Source: an uncultured Gammaproteobacteria bacterium
Lineage (GTDB): Bacteria; Pseudomonadota; Gammaproteobacteria; Francisellales; CACEW01
NCBI GenBank assembly: GCA_964539235.1
Contig: CAZIIK010000045.1
Location: forward strand, 1-45,934
Length of the DNA: 45,934 nt
Direction of reading: 5' to 3'
Both the position numbers and the translations under genes were made by a program. Below, piece by piece: positions 21,228-32,209 of the stretch (position 1 is its first letter; each line of letters begins with the position of its first letter). The notes below the pieces were generated by a model. The model saw only the letters and a program-made list of their open reading frames with translations. It was not told the DNA's origin and made no database searches.

Positions 21228-23827
21228 CAGACAGTTCCGCTTGGCGCGTCATCAGTATCGTCTGCCGCCTCGTCATCCAAGTCCACTTCCTCAATACGTT
21301 GCAAAGCGACAACATGTTCGTCATCTGACACTCGGATTAAACGAACCCCCTGGGTATTACGGCCAATCACAGAAATCTCATCAACTTTGGTGCGTACTAA
21401 GGTACCACCATCGGTCACCAACATGATTTCGTCAGTTGGCTGAACTAACTTCGCCCCAATCACTTTACCATTACGCTCAGTCGTTTGAATCGAGGTAACA
21501 CCTTGCGCACCGCGATTAACTTCACGGTACTCGGCGACCACTGTACGTTTACCATAACCATTTTCCGTGACGGTCAAAATATCACCATCCGAGCCATCAC
21601 CTAAGGTACTGATTAGTGAAATAACACGCTGACCATCTTGCAAGCGAATACCACGCACACCCCGTGCAACACGACCCATTTCGCGCACATGCGCCTCATT
21701 AAAGCGCAATGCCTTTCCAGCATCGCTAAACAACATGATATGTTGCTGACCATCCGTCAGTAACGCACCAACCAGCGCGTCATCATCATCTAAATTCACG
21801 GCCCAAATACCATTAGCCCGTGGACGAGAGAAAGCCTCCAAACTGGTTTTCTTCACCACACCTTTTTGTGTAGCCATAAATACCGCATGTTGGTCATCAA
21901 ACTCACGCACCGGTAGCATACTGGTAATGTATTCACCTTCTTCCAGCGGCAACAAATTCACAATGGGACGCCCACGCGAAGCACGTGATGCCTGGGGAAA
22001 CTCATACACTTTTTTCCAATAGACTTTACCTCGGCTGGAAAAACACAGCATGGTGGCATGCGTACTGGAAATCACGACTTTTTCGATAAAATCTTCTTCT
22101 TTCAAACTGGTTGCTGACTTGCCTCGACCACCACGGCGCTGAGCTTGGTAAGTACTCAAAGGTTGTGACTTCACATAGCCTGTGCTCGATAACGTCACCA
22201 CCATGTCTTCTTCTGCAATCAGATCTTCAACCGTCATATCATGCTGACTGGCGGTAATTTCTGTACGCCGTTCATCGCCAAAAGTTTCTTTAATATCTGC
22301 TAACTCTTCTCGAATCACCGCCATCAAACGTTGCACATCCGACAGGATATCGATTAATTCCGCAATCTTATCCAGTAGCGCTTTGAATTCACTGAATATT
22401 TTATCCTGCTCCAGCCCCGTTAACCGATGCAAACGTAATTCCAAAATGGCATCTACCTGCGCGATCGACAGACGGTAACCTGCATCAACCATACCATAGT
22501 CGGCAGACAGCCCTTCCGGTCGACTATTAGAAGCGTCGATACGTGACAACAATTCTTGCACTGATCCTGGTTTCCATAAGCGCTCCATAATCCGTTCACG
22601 TGCTTGTTTTGGATTTTGCGAGGACTTAATAATGGCAATCATTTCGTCGATATTATTGAGCGCAACCCCCAGTCCTTCTAATAAATGCGCCCGCTCACGC
22701 GCCTTACGCAGATCATAAATGGTCCGACGCGTCACCACTTCTTGGCGATGTCGAATGAAAGCCTGCAGTAATTGTTTCAGGTTTAATACTTTTGGCTGGC
22801 CATCTTCTAGTGCCACCATGTTAATCCCGAATACTGTCTGCATTTGGGTATAGGCATACAGCTTATTCAGCAACACATCGGCCATTTCACCGCGTCGCAC
22901 TTCGATCACAATCCGCATACCGTCTTTATCAGATTCGTCACGCAATTCGGAAATGCCTTCAACGCGTTTTTCTTTCACCAATTCTGCAATTTTTTCGATC
23001 AAACGGGCTTTATTCACCTGATAAGGCAATTCCGTCACGATGATGCGCTCTTTACCACCACGTTCATCGGTTTCAATTTCAGTACGTGCCCGCACATAAA
23101 TACGCCCACGCCCAGTACGATAGGCTTGGATGATGCCTGCACGACCACTAATGATCCCATGCGTTGGAAAATCTGGCCCTGGAATATGCGCCATCAAGTC
23201 ATCGATATCTAAAGTAGGCTCATCAATCAATGCCAAACAACCATTCACCACTTCGGTCAAATTATGCGGTGGTATATTAGTTGCCATCCCGACCGCAATA
23301 CCCGATGAACCATTGACCAGCAAATTCGGGATCCGCGTAGGCAAAACGGCGGGTATTTGTTCGGTTTCATCATAGTTTGGTACGAAATCGACTGTTTCTT
23401 TATCCAGATCACTTAACAGACTGTGCGCGAATTTTGACATCCGTACTTCGGTATACCGCATGGCTGCTGGCGAGTCGCCATCAACCGAACCAAAGTTCCC
23501 TTGACCATCAACCAACAGATAGCGCATGGAAAATGGCTGCGCCATCCGTACAATCGTATCGTAAACCGCGGTATCACCATGTGGGTGATACTTACCGATG
23601 ACATCACCGACAATCCGCGCGGACTTTTTATAGGGTTTATTCCAATCGTTACCGAGCTCACGCATGGCAAATAAGGTACGCCGATGCACAGGTTTCAAGC
23701 CATCCCTCACATCAGGCAATGCACGGCCAACGATCACGCTCATCGCATAATCGAGGTAGGATTGTTTCAATTCATCTTCAATGGTGACAGGGGAAAAAGT
23801 CGTAGTGGGTGCTGACATAGAATCCAA
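21227..23827 (-). CDS. gyrA: DNA gyrase subunit A
   Basis: 866-aa ORF with DGLKPVHRR, the [21 protein letters not shown], and C-terminal beta-pinwheel repeats with an acidic tail. Confidence 0.97.
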   Translation of the reverse strand: MDSMSAPTTTFSPVTIEDELKQSYLDYAMSVIVGRALPDVRDGLKPVHRRTLFAMRELGNDWNKPYKKSARIVGDVIGKYHPHGDTAVYDTIVRMAQPFSMRYLLVDGQGNFGSVDGDSPAAMRYTEVRMSKFAHSLLSDLDKETVDFVPNYDETEQIPAVLPTRIPNLLVNGSSGIAVGMATNIPPHNLTEVVNGCLALIDEPTLDIDDLMAHIPGPDFPTHGIISGRAGIIQAYRTGRGRIYVRARTEIETDERGGKERIIVTELPYQVNKARLIEKIAELVKEKRVEGISELRDESDKDGMRIVIEVRRGEMADVLLNKLYAYTQMQTVFGINMVALEDGQPKVLNLKQLLQAFIRHRQEVVTRRTIYDLRKARERAHLLEGLGVALNNIDEMIAIIKSSQNPKQARERIMERLWKPGSVQELLSRIDASNSRPEGLSADYGMVDAGYRLSIAQVDAILELRLHRLTGLEQDKIFSEFKALLDKIAELIDILSDVQRLMAVIREELADIKETFGDERRTEITASQHDMTVEDLIAEEDMVVTLSSTGYVKSQPLSTYQAQRRGGRGKSATSLKEEDFIEKVVISSTHATMLCFSSRGKVYWKKVYEFPQASRASRGRPIVNLLPLEEGEYITSMLPVREFDDQHAVFMATQKGVVKKTSLEAFSRPRANGIWAVNLDDDDALVGALLTDGQQHIMLFSDAGKALRFNEAHVREMGRVARGVRGIRLQDGQRVISLISTLGDGSDGDILTVTENGYGKRTVVAEYREVNRGAQGVTSIQTTERNGKVIGAKLVQPTDEIMLVTDGGTLVRTKVDEISVIGRNTQGVRLIRVSDDEHVVALQRIEEVDLDDEAADDTDDAPSGTV

Positions 23828-23952
23828 TCAAATTTTTAGGCTGAAAAATATCGCGGGATCATACCACAAACCCAACGACAACACAGCTGTGCAGCGGCAC
23901 TCGACGACCCAATGAAAGCACCTATATCATTGACAATTCACACTAAATTTAA

Positions 23953-23977
23953 AGGGAGCCCATCAGCTCCCTTTTTT
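23953..23977 (-). terminator. stem-loop terminator downstream of the lipoprotein operon (bidirectional in form)
   Basis: AGGGAGC-ccatca-GCTCCCT (23953..23972), with T5 on the plus side and TTTAAATTT on the minus side. Lies 53 nt past the stop at 24030. Confidence 0.5.
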
Positions 23978-24029
23978 ATAATCTCTTAACTCATCACATC
24001 ATTTACGACAGAAGAGATGCAATGGTTAT

Positions 24030-24641
24030 CTACCAACCCAACGAAGACCGTTTCGCCACTTTGCGAATGCGTTTTTCACCTTGCCAGATAATCACACCAG
24101 TTTTTAGATCCATCAGTTTCAGCGTAAATTGCATAAACAAACTCTGCTCATTGCTATTACGCTGATTGATACTCGAGACATAGCCATACAGCATATATTG
24201 CGCACCTAACTGATGACCCATTTTGATTGCAGTGGCAGGGTCAACCATGCCAGACTGACTTTGGAACTTCAGTTGCTTTTTCACGGCAGCAACCTGTGTC
24301 ATATCAACAAACTGGAACTGCCCGCCATTAATCAACGGTGTTGAAATCGCATTGGTCAAAGCAGTGGTATCAATATACTGATCTGAGTTATTCGCCATAG
24401 AACCAATAAACACCACAGGTTTCTTGGAACCCATGGTGGTATTTTGTACCGCTGGCGAAGCCAACATTTGGTTCACCAAGGTTTGCGCTGTTGTCGTCAA
24501 ATCCGTTGAACCATAATTAATCGTTGTCGTATCAACCGAATCAGGGCTGACGTAGCTCACATTGGCGTGGCGGCTCCCACAACCAACCAGGCTTAGGGCT
24601 GCAGCCCCAATGCACACGCAACGCATTATGCTTATTTTCAT
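24030..24641 (-). CDS. LpoB/COG3417-like outer-membrane lipoprotein
   Basis: MKISIMRCVCIGAAALSLVGCGS lipobox. Start at ATG 24641 behind a GAGGG SD. Sequence and context (after a YcfL-like gene) match the YcfM/LpoB family. Confidence 0.7.
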   Translation of the reverse strand: MKISIMRCVCIGAAALSLVGCGSRHANVSYVSPDSVDTTTINYGSTDLTTTAQTLVNQMLASPAVQNTTMGSKKPVVFIGSMANNSDQYIDTTALTNAISTPLINGGQFQFVDMTQVAAVKKQLKFQSQSGMVDPATAIKMGHQLGAQYMLYGYVSSINQRNSNEQSLFMQFTLKLMDLKTGVIIWQGEKRIRKVAKRSSLGW

Positions 24642-24652
24642 GAATATCCCTC

Positions 24653-25048
24653 TCATTGTTTATCTTGACAGACTTGCACAGAAAAATTATTGGCTTCTTT
24701 GTTTGGACTCACTGCCGCCACAACCTCATTCAAATCTGGGTACAATTGCAACGACTTCCAGGGCGTGTAATAGCCTGCTGGCTGGCCCTGAGCATTCAAC
24801 CAACTGATGCGATAACGCAGATACTGATTCTCATCAGTCAAATTGGCAATATTAGCTTGAGCACGGTAGTGGCCGTCTTTCTGCTGATTAACCATCAGCT
24901 CAGAAATTTTGGCATGATGACCGAAAGTACCGCCACCAATTTCAGCTGTATTGCTCTCACCTGGCTGATATAGAACATTAATGCACTTGGACGTGCTGCA
25001 ACCGGCCAATACAACACTGGCACCGACCAACAGTAAAGTTTTTAACAT
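24653..25048 (-). CDS. YcfL-like (DUF1425) lipoprotein
   Basis: 131 aa, MLKTLLLVGASVVLAGCS lipobox. The small beta-rich protein sits in the conserved COG3014 / YcfL / LpoB trio. Confidence 0.65.
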   Translation of the reverse strand: MLKTLLLVGASVVLAGCSTSKCINVLYQPGESNTAEIGGGTFGHHAKISELMVNQQKDGHYRAQANIANLTDENQYLRYRISWLNAQGQPAGYYTPWKSLQLYPDLNEVVAAVSPNKEANNFSVQVCQDKQ

Positions 25049-25090
25049 GGTTTTCTCCTCAATTAATCAAGCTAAAATCGTGCAAAGACC

Positions 25091-26527
25091 TTAGAATAAA
25101 TTCAACGTTTCTACGCGCATTTGGTTGCCCGGCTGCATAACCCAAAGAACCGTTGTGTGGTGTGCGCGCAAATGCACCTGAATGGATTGCTGCACAGCAC
25201 CAGCCGACAAGCGTACCGTATCCACACCAGAAGGCAACTCGCGTTGCCAAATTTGTATGGTAGACGGCAATGTCAACCAAGCACGCAAGTCTGCCTTAGC
25301 CGTTAATAGTGTAAACAATTGGGCCACCAAACCACCCACATCGCCCGCTTGTTTTTCCGATGCCTGCACCAACGCCGCTTTCGCAATCAAACGTAATGCA
25401 GCGCGCTTAATAATCAAAGGATAATTTTCCAGCAATGACTTAGCCGCCAACTGCTCAACATTGACCGCAACCGCGGTGTGGCACCATGTTCGACCAGCTG
25501 AGGACAGTTGCAACACAGGTGGCTTGTGTTTAATCGTTTGGTAGATAGGAATCGAAACCATTTGAATCTGCAGATTACCATCAATCGGTAAGGGCACCGG
25601 AATACTCAACGAAGTGGGTGGCGGCACTAAGCCTTGCGCATAAATCACCACCAACTTCGCCGAGTCTTTAGGATAAACCGGTGCATGATGCAGTCCAAAT
25701 TGACGTTGGTAATGCGCTACTGCTGAAGGGTCATCACCACGTTGCATAAGTACATTCAATAATTGTTGCTGTATAAATGGATTCCCTGGCATCACGCCCA
25801 ATGCATCTTTTGCTGCAACAAAGGCGTCGTTATCATGACCGCCAGCTTGAAATGCAATACTGGAAAGATAATACGCAAACCCATTTTCAAACGCTGATTT
25901 AATCTTCCCAGCGGCAGCAGATGTCTTTGCAAAGTATTGCTGATAATCCTTCTGCTGATACTTAAAGCCTTTACCATGCGCAGCTTTTTCAGCAGCTGCC
26001 AGCTCTTTGTCATGCTGCTGCTGAATGAAACGTTGTTGATTAATCACACTACGTATATTCACCATGCCATCAATTGGCTGATGCAAAGAAAAATAATTCA
26101 ATGCTTGATAGGCATACAAAAACACCTTGCCATAGCCCGGCATGATAAACGGGATAGCGTCATCATTGGTCAACAGAGAAGCTGCATTGGCCAATACCCG
26201 ACTGACCTGAACCTTGGCAGCCATACTGGTATGCTCAACTTGCTGGATAGCGTGCGCATACGTCTCAATACTCTGTTGATATTGACCCGAAATTTGTTGC
26301 ACACGGGCTAACTCAGCCTGATACAAAACCCCTTGCTTGCCACTGGGTTTTTGCGCGACAACCTGTTTCTCCGCGGCTTGCCAACGACCTTGCTGAAGCG
26401 CCTCACGAGTGGTGTGCATTTGCACTGGATAAGACTCCAGCATATTGCGACTACACCCTGCCAATAAGCACACCGCGAGACCTAAAAAAGCGCCGATACA
26501 CCCACGTACAGCTTGAGTTTTAGTCAT
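25091..26527 (-). CDS. COG3014-type lipoprotein (TPR-like), first gene of the lipoprotein trio
   Basis: Start taken at ATG 26527 (MTKTQAVRGCIGAFLGLAVCLLAGCS lipobox), 478 aa. Confidence 0.65.
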   Translation of the reverse strand: MTKTQAVRGCIGAFLGLAVCLLAGCSRNMLESYPVQMHTTREALQQGRWQAAEKQVVAQKPSGKQGVLYQAELARVQQISGQYQQSIETYAHAIQQVEHTSMAAKVQVSRVLANAASLLTNDDAIPFIMPGYGKVFLYAYQALNYFSLHQPIDGMVNIRSVINQQRFIQQQHDKELAAAEKAAHGKGFKYQQKDYQQYFAKTSAAAGKIKSAFENGFAYYLSSIAFQAGGHDNDAFVAAKDALGVMPGNPFIQQQLLNVLMQRGDDPSAVAHYQRQFGLHHAPVYPKDSAKLVVIYAQGLVPPPTSLSIPVPLPIDGNLQIQMVSIPIYQTIKHKPPVLQLSSAGRTWCHTAVAVNVEQLAAKSLLENYPLIIKRAALRLIAKAALVQASEKQAGDVGGLVAQLFTLLTAKADLRAWLTLPSTIQIWQRELPSGVDTVRLSAGAVQQSIQVHLRAHHTTVLWVMQPGNQMRVETLNLF

Positions 26528-26537
26528 ACTAAATGGT

Positions 26538-27014
26538 CTACAGATAACGCACGGCAACAACTTCATAATCCACATCGCCACCAGGCGCTTGGACTAGAAC
26601 CTCATCGCCTTCTTGCTTACCAATCAAGGCCCGCACAATCGGTGTTCCAACCGAAATCTTGCCTTGCGATAAATCAGCTTCATCAACACCGACAATCTGG
26701 TAACACACTGTCTCATCTGTTTCGATATTCAATAATTCAACTGTCACGCCAAACACAATGCGGCCATCTTGAGATAATTGAGACACATCAATCACCTGCA
26801 CATTAGACAATTTCGCTTCTAAATCGCGGATACGCGCTTCCAACATCCCCTGCTGCTCACGCGCCGCGTGATATTCCGCATTCTCTTTCAAATCGCCATG
26901 CGCCCTTGCCTCAGCAATCGCCGCCACCACACTGGGCCGTTCAACGGTTTTAAGCTGGGTTAATTCTTCTTGTAGCGCTTCCGCACCTGGAAGCGTCATC
27001 GGTGTTCTTTGCAT
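26538..27014 (-). CDS. greA: transcription elongation factor GreA
   Basis: 158-aa ORF: ...[39 protein letters not shown]..., with the coiled-coil acidic tip and an FKBP-like C-domain. Confidence 0.95.
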   Translation of the reverse strand: MQRTPMTLPGAEALQEELTQLKTVERPSVVAAIAEARAHGDLKENAEYHAAREQQGMLEARIRDLEAKLSNVQVIDVSQLSQDGRIVFGVTVELLNIETDETVCYQIVGVDEADLSQGKISVGTPIVRALIGKQEGDEVLVQAPGGDVDYEVVAVRYL

Positions 27015-27025
27015 GTGTATGCCCT

Positions 27026-27361
27026 CTAAAAACCCGGCAGCTGTTCACCGCCTAAAATATGATAATGAAGATGAAAAACTTCCTGACCACCACCAGGCCC
27101 TGTATTCACAATGGTTCGAAAGCCTTGGTGAAGGCCACATTTTTCGGCAATCTTCGGCAATGTCAAGGCCAGGTGTGCTACCCAATCTCGATCGGCTTCC
27201 GATATTTCAGCCAAACTGGCCACATGTTGTTTGGGAATCACCAATACGTGAACCGGTGCCTTAGGCGCAATATCGTGAAACGCTAAAATGTGTTCGTCCT
27301 CATAGACCTTATCGACCGGAAGCTTGCCGGCGACGATTTGACAGAATATACAATCAGACAT
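27026..27361 (-). CDS. HIT-family (histidine triad) nucleotide hydrolase
   Basis: Start at ATG 27361 ([15 protein letters not shown]) behind a GGAGGA SD. HVLVIPK and the HLHYHILGG triad are present; 111 aa. Confidence 0.9.
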   Translation of the reverse strand: MSDCIFCQIVAGKLPVDKVYEDEHILAFHDIAPKAPVHVLVIPKQHVASLAEISEADRDWVAHLALTLPKIAEKCGLHQGFRTIVNTGPGGGQEVFHLHYHILGGEQLPGF

Positions 27362-27415
27362 GAATTTAATTCCTCCATTGAGCCTTTTGTACGATTCGAT
27401 TATTGAGTGAATCAA

Positions 27416-29053
27416 CTATTTCCATAACCCGATGAAAAGCAACACCACACCAGCAACTCCTAACCAATCCAAATGCCAGGAAAACCATTGACGCACATAA
27501 GCCCAGACACCGGTCATAGCTAAAGAAGAGCCTATAGCAACCAGCAACAAAACCACGCCTAACGCCAAGCACCAGCTCCGCCTACGACTGACTGGCAATG
27601 CTTCAGTTGCCTGCACAACCGCAGGCTGTGTCGCTTGCCGCGATAAATATTGGTACATCAAGCCTGGTAGTTCTGGCAGACGGTCACTGACATACGGCAA
27701 CTGCTTACGAAACCGACGATACAACCCTTTAGGCCCCACTTGCTGCTTCATCCAATTCTCTAAAAAGGGTTTTGCAGTTGCCCACAAATCCAAGTCCGGA
27801 TACAACGTACGCCCCATACCCTCGATATTAAGCAGCGTCTTCTGTAGTAGCAAAAGCTGCGGCTGTACTTCCATTTGGAATTGCCGAGCAATTTGAAATA
27901 GGCGCAACAAGGTTTGACCGAAGGAAATATCCTTCAAAGGCCGCTCAAAAATAGGCTCACACACCGTTCGAATCGCTGCCGTCAATTCATCCAAACGTGT
28001 CTGAGGCGGCACCCAACCAGACTCAATATGCAATTCCGCCACCTGACGATAATCGCGTTTAAAAAAAGCTAAAAAGTTGGCTAACAAATACCGTTTATCT
28101 TCCTGATTCAAGCTCCCGACAATCCCAAAATCAACCGCAATATAGCGTGGATTATCAGGTCGTTCAGGATCAACAAAAATATTCCCAGGATGCATGTCTG
28201 CATGAAAAAAATTGTCACGAAATACCTGCGTATAAAAGATCTCTGCCCCTCTCTTGGCCAAAAGTGGCAAGTCCACATTATGCTGTTTTAACGCGGCAAC
28301 ATCATCAACTGGAATACCGACTATACGCTCCATCACCAAGATATTTTCTCGACAATAATCCCAATGAATCTTCGGCACATAGATTTGCTCAGAATCGGTA
28401 AAATTACGCTTCAACTGTGAAGCATTGGCTGCTTCAAGCATCAAGTCGAGCTCATTGAGTAAATTATGTTCTAATTCTTCCACCACGGCTTTCGGCTTTA
28501 AGCGTTTGCCTTTTAAGTAACGCTCGACGACATGAGCTAACACATACATCAACGCCACATCTTGGCGAATCACACGGTCAATATCAGGCCGCAACACTTT
28601 AACCACCACTGTTTCACCTGAGGGCAGAGTGGCTGCATGCACCTGTGCGATCGAAGCCGAAGCCAATGGCTCATCAGAAAATTCCGCAAACAAACCATCA
28701 ACAGATGCTCCTAACGCCATCTCTACTGCTTGACGTGCCAATATGGACTCAAATGGTTGCACCTGATCTTGCAACTTACTCAATGCATCCAGAATATCAG
28801 CGGGCAATAAATCACGCCGAGTCGATAAAATCTGGCCAAATTTCACAAAAATAGGCCCCAACTCTTCCAATGCCGCACGCAAACGTTCCGCTGCAGTACC
28901 CTGGTGTTGCCGACGCACCCAATTGACTGGATTCACATAACGCAAACACGCAAATGGCTTGAGAAAAGGCACGGAAAAAATCACCTCATCCAGGCCATAT
29001 TTGGACCAAATGTAGGCAATCCTAAACAAACGACGCCACTGCGCAAAATGCAT
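27416..29053 (-). CDS. ubiB: ubiquinone biosynthesis regulatory kinase-like protein UbiB
   Basis: 545 aa: FVKFGQILSTRRDLLP, ASIAQVHAA, FHADMHPGNIF, DFGIVG, and C-terminal TM helices. Confidence 0.93.
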   Translation of the reverse strand: MHFAQWRRLFRIAYIWSKYGLDEVIFSVPFLKPFACLRYVNPVNWVRRQHQGTAAERLRAALEELGPIFVKFGQILSTRRDLLPADILDALSKLQDQVQPFESILARQAVEMALGASVDGLFAEFSDEPLASASIAQVHAATLPSGETVVVKVLRPDIDRVIRQDVALMYVLAHVVERYLKGKRLKPKAVVEELEHNLLNELDLMLEAANASQLKRNFTDSEQIYVPKIHWDYCRENILVMERIVGIPVDDVAALKQHNVDLPLLAKRGAEIFYTQVFRDNFFHADMHPGNIFVDPERPDNPRYIAVDFGIVGSLNQEDKRYLLANFLAFFKRDYRQVAELHIESGWVPPQTRLDELTAAIRTVCEPIFERPLKDISFGQTLLRLFQIARQFQMEVQPQLLLLQKTLLNIEGMGRTLYPDLDLWATAKPFLENWMKQQVGPKGLYRRFRKQLPYVSDRLPELPGLMYQYLSRQATQPAVVQATEALPVSRRRSWCLALGVVLLLVAIGSSLAMTGVWAYVRQWFSWHLDWLGVAGVVLLFIGLWK

Positions 29054-29194
29054 GCGGTCACTCTGTCATCAAACTAAAAAGTGGCGCCATCATAACATCG
29101 TGATTTACGGATACAACTTAAGACCAAGATCTGCTGATATCAGTCAATAATCTGTTCGTAAAAAGGTCTTGAAACAGGTCACACATTAGTGATC

Positions 29195-30544
29195 TTACGC
29201 CCCGCACTCAGAGAATAGCGCTTCCATACGATACAAGGCCTCCGGCAATGGCAAAACAGGCACATGGCTGACAGCACTTGCCTGTTGGGTTTTGGCATAA
29301 ATCACAGCATTGGGATATTTCAAAATTTGCTTTAAATCATTAGGTCTTTGCTGACGACGCCATTTAATTTCCACTGGCCAAAATCGACCACCATGGACAT
29401 ACGCCACATCAACTTCACCGGCCGCCTTAATGTAATAAGTCGGGGCATAACGCCTAAAATGTGCAATCACAACAGATTCAACCAACTGTGCTTGTAAGCT
29501 TGTATCTGCCAGCAGAGGTAATATTTGCTGATCATAAGCTGATACAGTTGGATGTAGCCAGGCTCGCATGGCATGGAAAATAAATGGATCATTGAAAATA
29601 ACTTTCTTGCGCTTCTTCGGCGCTGCTGACAGTTTATCTTCTAGCAAAGCATATTGGATAAAACACGCATCCATGGAGACTAACACATTCATATAATCCG
29701 CAATTGTTGCCACATGATTGATTGTGAGTTCTTTGGCCAAATTATCCCAAGAAATTTGACTCCCATAGTGCTTAATAATGCCCATGATAATATCGCGCAG
29801 ATAATGCTCTTGTTTATTCTTCTTACTGATATCACCACGTATCCAATCAGCATAAGTTGCCAATGTTGCTGCTGAAATCGCATGATTGCGTGCATAATCA
29901 TTAATCGCCGTCATAAAACCGCCATGGATCAAATAGTCGTCTAGATAGGCAGAATAGGCTTTAGCCTCTGGCTGTTTATCCGCCGTCAAATCAACAAACT
30001 CTTTAAACGAAAGTGGGTAATAATGAAAATCCACTTGATCCGCCATACCTCGCCTACCCGGGAAACTTTTACGCGCATCCTCCATCAATACCCAATCAGA
30101 ACCCGTCAGCAATAAAACAACCTGCTCCAACTCTCCTGTATCCGCTAAAAACTTAACGGCTTTATCCCAACCATGAATATAGGTCACCTCATCGACCAAA
30201 ATAAATTTGAGCGTCTCAGCTGGCATATTAGATACCTGATCTTTAACCAATCGGTAGAGAACGTGATGATCATCAATCATTTCTCCCGAAAAAAAGAAAA
30301 TTGCCTCAGGCATCACCCCAGCGTTTAAAAGCTGCTCCATCCATTGCTTCAGCAAAGTTGTCTTACCGATCTGACGCCCTCCACCCAATGTGTAAATACC
30401 CGGCACTTGCGTGGGCAAACACGTGAGTAATTCTGATTTAAACATATAGGGTTCTGCATAAAGCCGACGTAAGTTCACATCCAGCCGGGCAAACTCTGCG
30501 GCATCTTCTAAATGTGTATTATTAGCTTGAAAACGAGTATCCAT
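29195..30544 (-). CDS. AAA-family ATPase with a DUF4143-type C-terminal domain
   Basis: 449 aa. Walker A GGRQIGKTTL and Walker B ILVDEVTY. The C-terminal part (VIAHFRR...GEVDVAY...WPVEIKW) resembles the nuclease-fold DUF4143 region. Confidence 0.75.
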   Translation of the reverse strand: MDTRFQANNTHLEDAAEFARLDVNLRRLYAEPYMFKSELLTCLPTQVPGIYTLGGGRQIGKTTLLKQWMEQLLNAGVMPEAIFFFSGEMIDDHHVLYRLVKDQVSNMPAETLKFILVDEVTYIHGWDKAVKFLADTGELEQVVLLLTGSDWVLMEDARKSFPGRRGMADQVDFHYYPLSFKEFVDLTADKQPEAKAYSAYLDDYLIHGGFMTAINDYARNHAISAATLATYADWIRGDISKKNKQEHYLRDIIMGIIKHYGSQISWDNLAKELTINHVATIADYMNVLVSMDACFIQYALLEDKLSAAPKKRKKVIFNDPFIFHAMRAWLHPTVSAYDQQILPLLADTSLQAQLVESVVIAHFRRYAPTYYIKAAGEVDVAYVHGGRFWPVEIKWRRQQRPNDLKQILKYPNAVIYAKTQQASAVSHVPVLPLPEALYRMEALFSECGA

Positions 30545-30568
30545 AGCAAATCCAGACCTTTTTTAAAA

Positions 30569-30616
30569 TTTACTCAATACCTAATGAGTAAATTTACTCA
30601 ACTACTAATGAGTAAA
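30569..30616. promoter_or_regulatory. two exact tandem 24-bp palindromic operator-like sites
   Basis: TTTACTCA-atacctaa-TGAGTAAA (30569..30592) is followed immediately by TTTACTCA-actactaa-TGAGTAAA (30593..30616). The first starts 25 nt upstream of the ATPase ATG (30544), in the divergent region shared with the porin gene. Confidence 0.6.
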
Positions 30617-30687
30617 ATATACTTTCTCGACACAATTGCAAGACAAGGAAATCAAAACGCCCCCTGAGCTGATCATAAAATACTCTA

Positions 30688-30716
30688 TTGAAATAACCGA
30701 TATTTATCGATAATCT
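30688..30716 (+). promoter_or_regulatory. candidate sigma70 promoter for the porin gene
   Basis: TTGAAA (30688..30693), 17 nt, TAATCT (30711..30716); 34 nt upstream of ATG 30750. Confidence 0.4.
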
Positions 30717-30749
30717 GCCTTCTTTGCGTACAAAAGAGAATAAAAAAAC

Positions 30750-32075
30750 ATGAAAAAACAAACAGTCCTACTTGCGATTTCCTTGGCCATGCCACTATGC
30801 ACATTTGCCTTTCCAACACCGGCTAGACCCTTCACGCAAACACCGAAAACACCCTCATCAGATCAAGCACAAAATACAACTGCTGAAGCAACCGAAAACT
30901 GTGATACCAGCCATACACTAACGGGCAACTGGGGCGGCTGGCGTTGTCGCCTACAAGCAGAAGGTGTCAACATCACTGGTGATTACACTTCCTACACCAT
31001 GTTTAACGTATCAGGCGGCAAATCCCGTGGCGGTGCCTATGCAGATTCCTGGGGGCTTAATTTTGATTTTGATTTGGCCAAACTATTAGGACTGAACAAC
31101 ACACATTTCTACGTCAGCCTCGTCGATCGTAATGGTGCTGACCTGTCGGTCGACCATGTCGGCAAACAATATTCCCTGAAGAAGGTCTATGGCAACGAAA
31201 CCCTCACCGTCAATAATGTTTATCTCAAACATACCTTCGGCGGCCCTTACGATTTCATCAAAATTGGCCGGGTAAATGCAGCCGATGACTTCCAGCAAGC
31301 TGATATCTATTACGATTTCGTCAGCAATGCGATTGAAGGCAACCCAATTGGCGTATTTTTTAGCATCACCAATTTCTCAGCCTACCCAAATGCACAATGG
31401 GGCGCCTTACTGTCAGCAGAACCAGCAAATCACATAGTCGGAAAAGTCGCAGTTTACAACACCAACAATAATTCCAACGAAACCAAATACCATGGGCTCA
31501 ACTGGTCATTCCGCAACGATAACGGCGCCTTGATTATGACCGAATGGGATTTTATTAACGGCAATGACAATGCAGGCCTACCGGCCAAATACGGGATCGG
31601 CGCAATGTACGTCACTGGCAACGACCAAATTGACTACAACTCCGGTGAAAATGTCTGGGGCGACTATGGTTTCTACTACCAAGCATACCAAATGCTGTAT
31701 CGACCCAATGGTCCAGGCACCAAACAAGGACTCAGTGCTTTTCTCGCCATGCAATTTTTCCCTAACGATCGTAACGAAATGCCGTTTTTTGGTGACGCCG
31801 GCTTCACCTACAGCGGCATCATCCCACAACGACCTAACGACTTTTTAGGTATTGCTTATGCGTATGGTCGTTACAGTCCCGACCTCGCCAAGCAACAGAA
31901 TGCAGCCGGACTTCCTGCGCAAAACTTTGAAGGCATGCCAGAAGTTACCTACCGCGTGCAATGCAACCCCTGGCTGTATGTGCAACCTGATTTACAGTAC
32001 ATCATCAAGCCTAAAGGCACGGGTGAGATTGCAGACGCACTGGCCATCGGTGCTCAAATCGGCATTACATTTTGA
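30750..32075 (+). CDS. oprB: carbohydrate-selective porin, OprB family
   Basis: 441 aa. Signal peptide MKKQTVLLAISLAMPLCTFA; LTGNWGGWR motif near the N-terminus; aromatic-rich beta-barrel ending in ...GITF. Confidence 0.8.
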   Translation: MKKQTVLLAISLAMPLCTFAFPTPARPFTQTPKTPSSDQAQNTTAEATENCDTSHTLTGNWGGWRCRLQAEGVNITGDYTSYTMFNVSGGKSRGGAYADSWGLNFDFDLAKLLGLNNTHFYVSLVDRNGADLSVDHVGKQYSLKKVYGNETLTVNNVYLKHTFGGPYDFIKIGRVNAADDFQQADIYYDFVSNAIEGNPIGVFFSITNFSAYPNAQWGALLSAEPANHIVGKVAVYNTNNNSNETKYHGLNWSFRNDNGALIMTEWDFINGNDNAGLPAKYGIGAMYVTGNDQIDYNSGENVWGDYGFYYQAYQMLYRPNGPGTKQGLSAFLAMQFFPNDRNEMPFFGDAGFTYSGIIPQRPNDFLGIAYAYGRYSPDLAKQQNAAGLPAQNFEGMPEVTYRVQCNPWLYVQPDLQYIIKPKGTGEIADALAIGAQIGITF

Positions 32076-32183
32076 CCTTGGTCGTTATGCCGACTAATTG
32101 TGCTTTCTAAACCCCAGTTATGAGTTAACAATCAAGCCACACAGTCAAGCCAGGCTTACAAGAAACATTGCCATGCCTGTCAG

Positions 32184-32209
32184 ATGACCTTGAGGGTATT
32201 TCCTGAGGA
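32184..32209. repeat. solo copy of a 26-bp repeat (left arm of the palindromic element at 32515)
   Basis: ATGACCTTGAGGGTATTTCCTGAGGA is identical to 32515..32540. I found no inverted partner in the following 300 bp. Confidence 0.7.

Noticed and set aside
23560-23610. gyrA QRDR reads GDTAVYD (Thr at the Ser83-equivalent position): possible quinolone-resistance mutation
   Set aside because: Thr is the wild-type residue at this position in many gammaproteobacteria (e.g. Pseudomonas, Legionella), and the Asp87-equivalent is unchanged.
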